Positions 56,501-64,000 of a stretch of 64,000 nucleotides of DNA are shown here, piece after piece. The DNA is from Macrostomum lignano (Eukaryota), in the NCBI GenBank assembly GCA_002269645.1, contig NIVC01001175.1, positions 141,709 through 205,708 on the forward strand, given 5' to 3'. The translations under genes were made by a program, and so were the position numbers. The notes below the pieces were generated by a model, which did not search any database, was not told the DNA's origin, and was given only the letters and a program-made list of their open reading frames with translations. Position 1 is the first letter of the stretch, and every line of letters starts with the position of its first letter.

Positions 56501-57003
56501 TCAAGAATCATGATTTAACATCGGAGGTAATCCCGAAGCTTAGAGAGGAAAAAATACTTGACACATCCAACTATTCTCGAGACCATCCGCATTTCTCTGA
56601 AGAGTTAAAAGGAAAGCTGGGCTGCGTTAAAGATGAATCTGCTGGTGGAATTTACCAGGAGTGGATTCTTTTGCGTCCAAAACTTTATTCGTTTCTCCCT
56701 GCCGAGAATTCGAGTGCAAAGATCAAGAAAACTGCCAAAGGCGTGAAGCAGTCAGTAGTAAGACAGCAAATTTCGCATGCGAACTATGTCGACGCGTTCG
56801 AGTCCAAGCAAGAGCAGATGGTTGCCATGACAGCGATTGTTTCCAAGAAACACGAAATCTTCACGTCGGTCATGGAGAAAAGAAGCCTATCGGTGTGGGA
56901 GGATAAGCGAGTGTGGCTTAGCAGTAATCGAAGCCTGCCCTACGGACACTATGCGCTGACGCCCGCATCCCACGATCAGCTGAAGCGCATCCGACTGGTC
57001 TAG
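53545..57003 (+). CDS. polB: Protein-primed family B DNA polymerase (Maverick/Polinton type), 1152 aa from the first ATG
   Basis: Exo I YADLEA, Exo II FHNLGGYD, FIDS, Exo III YLEMDV, Pol A IDMNNLYG, Pol B KLKNNSLFGK, Pol C GGDTDS, KDE, KTAKGV. The frame is open from 53341. Confidence 0.96.
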   Translation: MVRIRDGEMLAEEDRWISCKMQALDLGGEAGRLNNWLIEQEQELERICSMINTNGSGWTIKQINFLDINLARYNPIRFRQGRAVRFNLPASLKNKKAVINPPSTGKDCFLYACLAALHSADPKVQKSPNRISSYDEWLRELDFAEISMPVSVADIDRVESNNPGICISAFSWQQGSVTLLRRRKHESDDRRHLMLLLVKDSYGSEHWCAITNFDRLMNSRNGPAMRKWCTKCLTSFYSNERLQEHRNECSITAENPVKETLPVPGQNEIKFRNCQNTVSPPFVAYADLEAILRANTDPANLISKHEPCAAAFLAVPREGMTGPPLRPEGDMYKVFCNADPDECILGFLKSLESLAQDIFHWNQKHSHQPADRSSATVMDDFNSAEVCHYCKKNFKSSTDKHFDHDHLNGQYKGAACQECNLRAQLRRRFLPLVFHNLGGYDLHLLLSTALGSMKNWKLSVVPQSSERYLSLRAEFPVASYVKNGKVVPIMFTIQFIDSLCFLKGSLSNLFANLPEAECKLTMQMLESRPHLSRELLRKKGIFPYDYLTGFEILEQSVLPPKDAFFNRLSDRGISDDDYNRARAAWAAFQCKSLKDYMLAYLEMDVRQLADIFETFRQASLKEDGLDPVHYFTTPGLSYDSALKSTGVVLEQLTDADMYHLFEKGIRGGMSFINVHCVKGNNPSLPGYDDQQESVSLMPIDMNNLYGFALSLPLPCREFRWVPEQEIQFWDSNRFLSLNPEAEIAYLVQLDLEYPAEIHDSTQELPFAPEKSKPQPDQFSPYMAELWKEIAEQRTGNAEAKFQATEKLLLTCTDKDSYVVHSTVLRFYLQHGMRIKCVKKMISFKQENIFAPYIASNNEKRALATSEFAKDFYKLKNNSLFGKTMENVRKRCDVRICTNQTQAETCASRPNCAAFSIINESLSIFQLKKDKVTLDKAIFVGQAVLDLSKMAMYSLLYDRLRPLFCHSDGSRDMMLCGGDTDSFFLAFKNHDLTSEVIPKLREEKILDTSNYSRDHPHFSEELKGKLGCVKDESAGGIYQEWILLRPKLYSFLPAENSSAKIKKTAKGVKQSVVRQQISHANYVDAFESKQEQMVAMTAIVSKKHEIFTSVMEKRSLSVWEDKRVWLSSNRSLPYGHYALTPASHDQLKRIRLV

Positions 57004-57585
57004 TGCGGGTGTTTAACAGACTGTTTAGTACTTTTTCTTGCTTTTAGAGTTGTTTAAATTGCCAAATTCTGTTTTAAATGTAGTGACTTGCATGTAGTAA
57101 CTTTTACAAATTTGTATGCTTGGCTAATTGCGCTAGATTTAGCTGTCAATTTGTTTTTGCGGCGTGAAATATTGATATCAATTTAAGTTTTACTTTTTAT
57201 AAAGCTGTGTGGCAAGTGCGCTCATACAATATTAATTCATTTTTGTTTGCTTTGTGTACTACTTGTTTAAAATGTGTTTTTGGTTTTTATCTGACACAAA
57301 TTGTTCCTGTAAATTCAATCAGCGTTTTAATCATATTTTCTCTATCACTTTTCTATTTCTCTTCTCTCGGTGCACATCGTTTGTTATAACGATGGTAGTA
57401 TTGTTTACTTTCGGATTTGATATGCGTTTTGCGATACTTTTGGTGATGGGCTAAATACGTTTTTGAAGTGTTCCATAGCTGTCTGCCTGGGAAAATGAAT
57501 GTAAAGAATACCAAGTTTATCCTTTTATTCACTTTTCACTAATCATTGAAATATTTGCGGCAAATTGCTTGACTTGACTTTATTT

Positions 57586-58158
57586 TTATTCAATGGAAAG
57601 AACTACATTGAGTAGACGCATGCTATCGGTATGCAACTGATTCAAGGACCGAGCTCCACTGAGAACAAAAGAGCCGCTGTGAAAAAGCAGACATTTACAA
57701 AAGTTTAAATTGAAAATTAAAGCAGAAAAGGATTCTGGTTCATATTCGGCGTTTGGGATAATTGATTTTAACATTAATAAGGAAAGTGCGGAATGAACTG
57801 GGAGCTGTCCATGAGCAGTAATAGTTTTAATTCGAACACAAATTGTTTGATGAGGCAGCAGTTGAGCCGGCACTCTCCGATGCAGCATAGCCACGAAGCG
57901 ACGGGCAGCCCTTTTGGCGTCTGCGTGGGTCTTGGCACCGCAGATGCTCAGTTGCCCAGTAGGGTAGAGTAGGAGAGTCACTCTGGGAATCCGCATCCGC
58001 TTGATGAGCACCCGGGGCCAGACGGGCCGGTAGATCACATGAGCCATGCTGAGAGCCAGTTCCCGTAGAGGCAGCTGAGCGCCCCTGCCACCATCCAGTC
58101 TCAGATCTACTCCGCCAACCAGATTGGTCACTCTTAGGGCTGTAGCTGGTGGGCTCAT
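57586..58158 (-). CDS. Divergent TATA-binding protein (TBP)-like protein, core only, ~190 aa, intronless
   Basis: Two TBP repeats: TNLVGGVDL..YRPVWPRVLIKRMRIPRVTLLLYPTGQLSICGAKT..AARRF and EYEPESFSALIF..LLFHSGSFVLSGARS. First ATG is at 58158 (the track start at 58197 is TTG). AATAAA overlaps the stop. Confidence 0.82.
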   Translation of the reverse strand: MSPPATALRVTNLVGGVDLRLDGGRGAQLPLRELALSMAHVIYRPVWPRVLIKRMRIPRVTLLLYPTGQLSICGAKTHADAKRAARRFVAMLHRRVPAQLLPHQTICVRIKTITAHGQLPVHSALSLLMLKSIIPNAEYEPESFSALIFNLNFCKCLLFHSGSFVLSGARSLNQLHTDSMRLLNVVLSIE

Positions 58159-58678
58159 TTCGATCGTCAACTTCTTCACCAAATCTGCTTCTGCCAACTT
58201 TACTGCTCGTGTGCCACGGACACTGCTCGCTTCTTAAGTTGATGCAGAACTTTGGCTTAAGCCAACTGTAGTGCAGCAACGAATTTCTCACTGCACAGCC
58301 AGTATCTGAATCTTCAGTCGAGGGTGCTCCCAAATCTTCTAGGTTATAAACCTGTCTTCCAAGCAGCTCAGTCAGAAAAATCGACTTCCTTTCCCCATTT
58401 GACCAGATCGGACCACTGGCAATGCTCAGAATGTCTTCCGCCAGTTCCATGTACGGACGGGTTCCATCATTCCACTTAAACTGGTGCAGACTCTTAGATA
58501 GCTGTCTGTAGTAAACTCGCATGTCAGGTGAGACTCTCTCCCATGGATACGGAGGTGCGTACACATGGTGAGCAATGTGGTAGCTCCCCGCTCTGATTTG
58601 AACAACTGCCAACTCCTTCACAACAAATTTTTTGCTTGTGCTGTTGCACGGGAATCCTTGGAAGTCAATGTAGTTCAT
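57827..58678 (-). CDS. Maverick-associated RNase H/DEDD-like fold protein
   Basis: N-terminal YIDFQGF..FVVKELA..HHVYAPPYPW..HQFKWNDG..NLEDLG resembles, from recall, an ORF common in animal Mavericks. The C-terminal ~110 aa overlap the TBP-like gene and may be read-through. Confidence 0.55.
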   Translation of the reverse strand: MNYIDFQGFPCNSTSKKFVVKELAVVQIRAGSYHIAHHVYAPPYPWERVSPDMRVYYRQLSKSLHQFKWNDGTRPYMELAEDILSIASGPIWSNGERKSIFLTELLGRQVYNLEDLGAPSTEDSDTGCAVRNSLLHYSWLKPKFCINLRSEQCPWHTSSKVGRSRFGEEVDDRNEPTSYSPKSDQSGWRSRSETGWWQGRSAASTGTGSQHGSCDLPARLAPGAHQADADSQSDSPTLPYWATEHLRCQDPRRRQKGCPSLRGYAASESAGSTAASSNNLCSN

Positions 58679-58707
58679 GATGCAGCTTTCCTTCGAAAAT
58701 TTCGGAG

Positions 58708-59400
58708 TCAGTCCACCTTCTTATATACTTTTCTGGCAGGCAATTTCAGCCAGGCTGTGTTGCTCCCGTACCCCTTGACTAGACTCTCCTGTTCTTTCTC
58801 CAGTTCACCCCCTCTGCTGGTTGCCATTTTCTTCTTAACTGATTTACCAACAGCGGAAAGCGGAACATTAAGCTTTTTCTGCTGCAGAAAATCGATGAAC
58901 TCGTTCCACCCAACTGGTTCACGCTCACATGGCGAATCCCTCACTGTGTGCTGAATCAAGTCCAGTATGTTTGAGGAAGGGATTGACGTGCCTGCGATTT
59001 CCACCTCCCCGTTTTCACAAACTCGAATCAGCTCTGGATTGGTGGACAGGATCGTCCACAGACTGCGAGCCCTGGTTTTGAATTTCTGTGGCACCGACTT
59101 GCTGATCTTCTCTTCCCAGGTGCTTATCTGGGGTGTCTCTGTTTTCATCAACTTGGCTTCAGTATTGCGTGCTCCTTCTTTTCCAGCGTGCTTGCGCTTG
59201 GCCAGCAAACTTTGCATTGCACTTTGGTACATGGCGGTTTTCACATCTTCTGGACAATCCTCGGCATACAAGATGTCATCGCATTTCTTCTGAGCCTGCT
59301 TCAAGTCAGCTTCAGTGGTAGTCTCATTTGGCTTCAAATTCTGCATCAACATCTCATACTCTGCTTTAGGAATCAGAACCATTTCTGAAAATTTGTTCAT
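58708..59400 (-). CDS. Conserved Maverick protein of unknown function (230 aa)
   Basis: GEVEIAGTSIPSSNILDLI..PVGWNEF..NVP resembles, from recall, a recurrent Maverick ORF; located in the packed viral gene block. Confidence 0.65.
   Translation of the reverse strand: MNKFSEMVLIPKAEYEMLMQNLKPNETTTEADLKQAQKKCDDILYAEDCPEDVKTAMYQSAMQSLLAKRKHAGKEGARNTEAKLMKTETPQISTWEEKISKSVPQKFKTRARSLWTILSTNPELIRVCENGEVEIAGTSIPSSNILDLIQHTVRDSPCEREPVGWNEFIDFLQQKKLNVPLSAVGKSVKKKMATSRGGELEKEQESLVKGYGSNTAWLKLPARKVYKKVD
58720..58727 (-). promoter_or_regulatory. Candidate TATA box (TATATAAG) 42 nt upstream of ATG 58678
   Basis: Same octamer as at 50359; position-based inference. Confidence 0.45.
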
Positions 59401-59704
59401 TTTGCTTCTTCTTCTTTACCAGCTTAAGCAGAATCGGGAGTATTTTGATGAAGCCAGCCTTCAACAAGTCTGTCTTTCTTCTTTTGTGAGTAATTTTTCG
59501 AATTATCTCTTTTGACTTTGCAAGAACAGCTTTTTCATCGAGCGAAAACGATAGATTGTTTTGTAAGAGATTATGGCAGGCCTCGACAAGAAAATAACGC
59601 ACTTCTTTTGGACAATTTTTTATCAACAGCCGCTTGAAGCGCACGGTATATTTAGGTGACGCAAGAACCGCAAAAAGACTTGCATATGAATCAAGCACTT
59701 CCAT
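59366..59704 (-). CDS. Small basic Maverick protein, putative virion core (pVII-like), 112 aa
   Basis: EACHNLLQNNLSFS..K..LAKSKEIIRKI..KAGFIKILPILL pattern; ATG at 59704. Confidence 0.6.
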   Translation of the reverse strand: MEVLDSYASLFAVLASPKYTVRFKRLLIKNCPKEVRYFLVEACHNLLQNNLSFSLDEKAVLAKSKEIIRKITHKRRKTDLLKAGFIKILPILLKLVKKKKQNEQIFRNGSDS

Positions 59705-59745
59705 TGCGATGAAAACAATAGCTGATAAAAACAAGCTTCACTTTC

Positions 59746-60425
59746 TTAAGCAAATACAAGATGGGGTCGCTGGTTGGGCAGAATTCTGGCCCGCACTCGC
59801 AGCTCATCGGGAGTTGATGGGTGAAAGTCTAGGAACAGGTAGGCTCCCCTGCCCTGCGCGGTCACGTGCTTGAACACTGACAGCAGAAAGCCGGGCTTCT
59901 CTGTAAAGCACTGCCTGCCCAGTGCTGCAATCTGCAGCTGGTCTCGGGGTTTTTCAAGATAGCTAAGTACATTACATTCAAGCTCATTGTTCGCGACTCT
60001 TTTCCCTTGAAAAATATATTCTGAGTCAGCATCACCAAAAAGCACGGCAAGTGATGTGCGATTCCTGTGAAAAAATTTCGCATTGAAGCAGAGTTTGAAG
60101 TTTCCTCTATTAAGTCATCGAAAACAACCAGGTCATTGGGCCTAAGTGCTGCCTCGATGTTGGTGGGAAATCCCTGGCGCAGCTGCACACCTAGGCTGTT
60201 CAGTTCTGCATGGCCTGCCTGTGAGATCCCATAGTACCACAGAACTCTGCCAGGCTTCACATCAAACATGACGTCTCTGTACTGGATCAGGTGTTCGACA
60301 AAGGTTGTTTTTCCTGCATTGGTGGGCCCGCAGACAATCATGCAGCTTCCCTGCCTGAGGCGGATATCGTAGCAAACTTGCTTTTCTCCCATGTTTAATG
60401 CATAAATATTAGAAATCACGGACAT
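59746..60425 (-). CDS. FtsK/HerA-family (A32-like) genome packaging ATPase with one frameshift
   Basis: Walker A GPTNAGKT, Walker B VVFDD, LTQN. The KNP-RDQLQI motif is split by a missing base in the G4 run at 59946-59949. Confidence 0.9.
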
Positions 60426-60928
60426 CTTTTTCTTAAGTTGGCTTCAAACCTCTGTAAGATTCTATCATTCAAATGATTTTTCTCATTAGCATGCAAATGC
60501 TTCAAAATCCCCTCAAATGACCGATTGAACAGAAACTTTTGATAAGCAAAATAGATGCAAAACATTCCGCATTTATTAGAGTTAGCACATTGAACTCTGT
60601 TTATATTGCTTCGGAGCCAAAAGCCAGTTGTTTTAATCTCTCGAAACAAATTATAAACCAAAGATAAAATTTCAGGTTCCCAGCCGAGGGAGTTGAACAA
60701 CTCAATGCGATTTCCTTGCCCAACATAGCACACCACCCAGTGACCAAATGAGCCATTGTGCTGAAGTAGGACAAAAACAAACTTGTTTTCAAAGGAAATT
60801 GATGATCTAAATTTTCTTTTTACATTCAAGGGCAGAGAATTTTTATAGCGCAAATGTAAAGTAACTATGAGAAATTTTTGGTAAGGCAAAAATTTTCTGG
60901 CGAGATTAAGTAGTTGAATTGCATCCAT
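60416..60928 (-). CDS. Adenain-like capsid maturation cysteine protease (170 aa)
   Basis: GHWV (His), FNSLG (Asp position reads Asn), RVQ (oxyanion Gln), CGMFC (Cys). Confidence 0.88.
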   Translation of the reverse strand: MDAIQLLNLARKFLPYQKFLIVTLHLRYKNSLPLNVKRKFRSSISFENKFVFVLLQHNGSFGHWVVCYVGQGNRIELFNSLGWEPEILSLVYNLFREIKTTGFWLRSNINRVQCANSNKCGMFCIYFAYQKFLFNRSFEGILKHLHANEKNHLNDRILQRFEANLRKRCP

Positions 60929-60933
60929 GTCAA

Positions 60934-62214
60934 TTAAGAGGAATAGTCCAGCAAAAGCTCTCGGTGCTTGGTGACCTCAATCAGCGAGTCATACAGGCAC
61001 ATAGCAATCAGGGACACCGCTTCATTCAGAGCCTGTTGGAAGCGAATCTCCAGCCGCAGGTTGCCCTCCTTCTGTCCGTACCACAGAGCCGCTCCCTCGG
61101 GTGTGAGATCGAATGCAAACACCGTGGTGTTGTTGGAGAAGAGCTGGTAGGGGATCCACGGGACCGAGTTTGTGTGGCTTGCAGATTGACAGCTTTTCAG
61201 GTAGTGCAAGTATTCTCTTACGAAGGAATTGTTTTCAGGTGTGAAGGCGCCGTGGCACACGGTTTCCCCACCTTTCTTTAGAGCCAATCGGCTAAGGTTG
61301 AAGCTCTGGAACTGTAACGGGCTCGCGTGATGATGACCGTTGAATGCTCGGTGGCTCACGAAGGCCAGCATGATGAACTTCGGCAATTTTCCATGAGTGA
61401 ATCCTTCAATGTTTTTTGACTGAATACCCTGGGGTAGGATGAAGTTCTGCATTTCAGTTCGCTCGATGGGATACAGTGCATTTTGGTTTGTCAGCCCCTG
61501 CTCATGGCCAGGCTGATGTGGGGCATCACTTTGACTCGGCGAAGATGCAGAATGCTGTGAGAGATTTCCATTCGGTATGCCGCGTTGTTTGCATTCGGGG
61601 TTCTGATGGCAAAGGCCCATCGCTGGGGACCAGTTTGATGTGCAGGTGCAGATTGCTTAGCAGAAACACTGGGCACTGGAAAACATCGCTGAAGAGCGGC
61701 CCCGCATACTCCATCCATTGGGATTCCCTGTGGCTCTCCGTGTGCTCTTCAGCTGCCGAGTTCGGCTCCAGGAAGCCAGCAGGGTAAAGTTTTAGTTGCT
61801 GGGCATCGGATGAGCTCATTAGTGCTTTGAAGTACGCATGGTAGGGATAGAGCTGGTCTCCACCAGACACCACTCGCTGGTTAATGCTCACAATTACATC
61901 TGAGAAGGCTGTAGACAGAACAAAATTTTCTGGGTGCACGTCACTGTCTCTGCGCTCGGTGATGATGCCATCTCCATCTCGAACATCCTCCCTCAGCAAA
62001 CCCCCATCCAGTCTCACAAGGCGGCAGCGAATATAAAGAAAAGAATTCAAGCAGATCTGTATTCATCGGCAGATTGGTGGCAGTCAAATTCAATGGGAGA
62101 GTTTGCAACAATGGAATTAACTGGGTGAATATCAACATAAGTAGCTTTTTCAATGCAGGTTTGTAGAACGGGCGTCTTAAATAAATCAAGTCTGGGATTG
62201 AATCCGTAAGCCAT
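60934..62214 (-). pseudogene. Double jelly-roll major capsid protein, three apparent frameshifts
   Basis: LDLFKTP..PIEF, YPYHAYFKALM, LHIKL, RRVKVMP, YPIERTE, GKLPKFIMLAFV, VFAFDLTP, GNLRLEIRF. Frame changes near 62055, 61627 and 61507. Confidence 0.88.
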
Positions 62215-62216
62215 GT

Positions 62217-62591
62217 CTATGACAGAGAGTCGAGCACGCGTTTCACAGTTTTCTTGCTGACTTTTTGCTTTCGCTTTCCTCCGCCTGCTCTATTCTTCTT
62301 TGCTTTCGTCTTCCTATTCTTAAGCTTTTTCCACTAGCCTTGCTCGACCTCTTACTGCGATTTCCACCAGTTGCCTTCGGTGCCCTTCTTTTTCTTCAAT
62401 CGTTTCGGACTTGCTTCAGTATTTCTTTTGCGCCTGACGTTGCTAAGCGTCGAGGCTGATGATGATGATATAGCCGCTGGCGGAGGCTGGTATGTCATGA
62501 TCCCTGGGAAGCTCCCACAGCCATAGAGTGCAGGCTTTTCGTGTCCTGTCCTCACCCCCGAATATTGCTGGATTAGCTGCTGGTAGTTCAT
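62217..62591 (-). pseudogene. Lys/Arg-rich Maverick ORF (putative core protein), frameshifted
   Basis: MNYQQLIQQYSG..LYGCG start and a highly basic C-terminal segment (KNRKTKAKKNRAGGGKRKQK) in another frame; stop lies 2 nt before the MCP ATG. Confidence 0.5.
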
Positions 62592-63401
62592 TGAATGCGT
62601 TTCTCCTGAATTGAACTGTAAGCAGAACAGGGCTGTGAGTCTGTGCAATCAGTGGGCAACCATAGATGTCCCGCAGCTGAACTCGAATGCTGTGAAGAAG
62701 ACTGATTCGTTGAATCGGGAAGAATATTGTTTTCTTAAATATTTTTGTTTGATAGTTGCCCCATTCAATGCCGGCTTTCATTCCAACTGTTCTCACAAGG
62801 AGCTCCAGTTGCAATTAGTTGACTCAACGATACTGCAGTGCACATTGATTAAGCTGGTGCGCGGCAGCCAATGCAATGCTCGGATACGCGGCTCCCTGGC
62901 TGGATTTTCACAGCCTGGTTTCCAAATCCCAGCCAATGCAGAATTTTACTAGATGGAAGAAACAGCTCTGCTCTCGCAGTGTTGTTGTGCACCACAGTTC
63001 GTGAGTTGCGGATTTCGAACTTCATACCAAATTCCCTGTTGCCACTACGCCCCATCAGGCCGACTCATCAGCCTCCATCTCAGACTCCCTGTCACTCATT
63101 GCATCAAAGAACAGCGAATCAGAGTTGGCCAGCAGCTCATTCAGCGCTCCACCAGCTCCTCCACTCTAGCAAAGCGTCCGGGTTGAAGAACCAGGGCCTC
63201 ATGCTCTCTTCCATCTGAGACAGTGAAGCAGTAAGGCTCGTCAACATTGAACCATGCAGCAGGCAGATGGATTTCAGCCAGACCTGCCTCATAGTCCACA
63301 TTTCGATCCAAGTAAATAGGTGAAGGCAGGTAAAAATTAAAGTCACTAGGAGTACCTTCAGCATGCTCACTGTTAATCAAAATAGTTCGCATTATAATCA
63401 T
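62588..63401 (-). pseudogene. Minor capsid (penton-like) protein, several frameshifts
   Basis: N-terminal FNFYLPSPIYLD..YEAGLAEIHLP..WFNV; C-terminal SIRVQLRDIYG..VLLTVQFRR. Confidence 0.75.
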
Positions 63402-63428
63402 AAACTACATGATGAGGGCTGTGCAAAG

Positions 63429-64000
63429 CTAAACCTTTCTTAAGTCTTTTCATCCACCCAGCCAGTCGAGTCGTAGCCCGCCCATTTCACCAGATAGCGA
63501 ATTTTCCCTTCCGCTTCTCCGTTTTCAGGATCTTCTCAATCACATACAGCCGCTGTGAGTCCGGGACAGCCTGCAGCTCGTGCTCATGGAAGAGTCCTCG
63601 AATCTCTTGCCCCCGCATGTCTTTAATCTTGTACATGTAGGGATAATGTTTTGGGCTCTGCTCACCACGGTGTACACTTCCTCACTCCAGCTCGCTTTGT
63701 ATCCCTTTTTGAATATCCGTGGAGCATTGAAATTCTCACTGACTGGTTTTCAGCGAACTTAGGCTTCTTTAATTTTTCTAGAGTCTCGACTGCTTTTCCA
63801 TCGTACAGGTTCATCCACACTTCAGATTCATTCTCTTGCAGACACTAGTGGGTGCCATTTTGATGCTTCTGTGGTAGGTATTGTTGTAGGATTTTACCAA
63901 GCTTAGGCAGCACATCAAAGCCAGGCAGTGTGCTCTTGTAGGTGAAGTAGCGCCACATTCTACTTTTCAGAGTTCGATTCCATCGCTCAATGACAGCTGC
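63429..64000 (-). pseudogene. Retroviral-type (c-)integrase C-terminal half with chromodomain, frameshifted, continues beyond the window
   Basis: Manual translation: VIERWNRTLKSRMWRYF, SYNNTYHRSIKMAP, FKKGYKASWSEEVY, YVIEKIL..YLVKWAGY. Confidence 0.85.

Larger units (their letters stand above)
49693..64000. mobile_element. Maverick/Polinton-like endogenous virus (left ~14.3 kb; right end outside the window)
   Basis: AGTAGTAG terminus at 49693; pPolB, ATPase, adenain protease, major capsid, minor capsid and chromodomain integrase all present. Confidence 0.93.

Overview
Repeat-rich animal genomic DNA with spliced genes; there is no sign of bacterial sequence. The style (GC-rich exons, very short introns, introns filled with minisatellites) suggests a flatworm such as Macrostomum, but that is inference only. 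Three host genes were reconstructed by hand, all on the minus strand with GT-AG introns: a 3-exon GPI-anchored Ly6/three-finger gene (2824-3368), a 9-exon small-conductance Ca-activated K+ channel gene (SK/KCNN, 15509-35199), and a ~13-exon reeler-DOMON-cytochrome b561 gene (FRRS1-like, 43013-49196). Mobile DNA includes a Tc1 element carrying the 3' part of a Gypsy retrotransposon, tRNA-derived SINEs, a foldback/MITE-like palindrome and about 20 tandem arrays. From 49693 to the window end lies the left ~14.3 kb of a Maverick/Polinton-like endogenous virus: AGTAGT terminus, intact protein-primed PolB, packaging ATPase, adenain protease, major and minor capsid genes, and integrase. Its most unusual feature is a compact, intronless TATA-binding-protein (TBP)-like gene inside the viral gene block.
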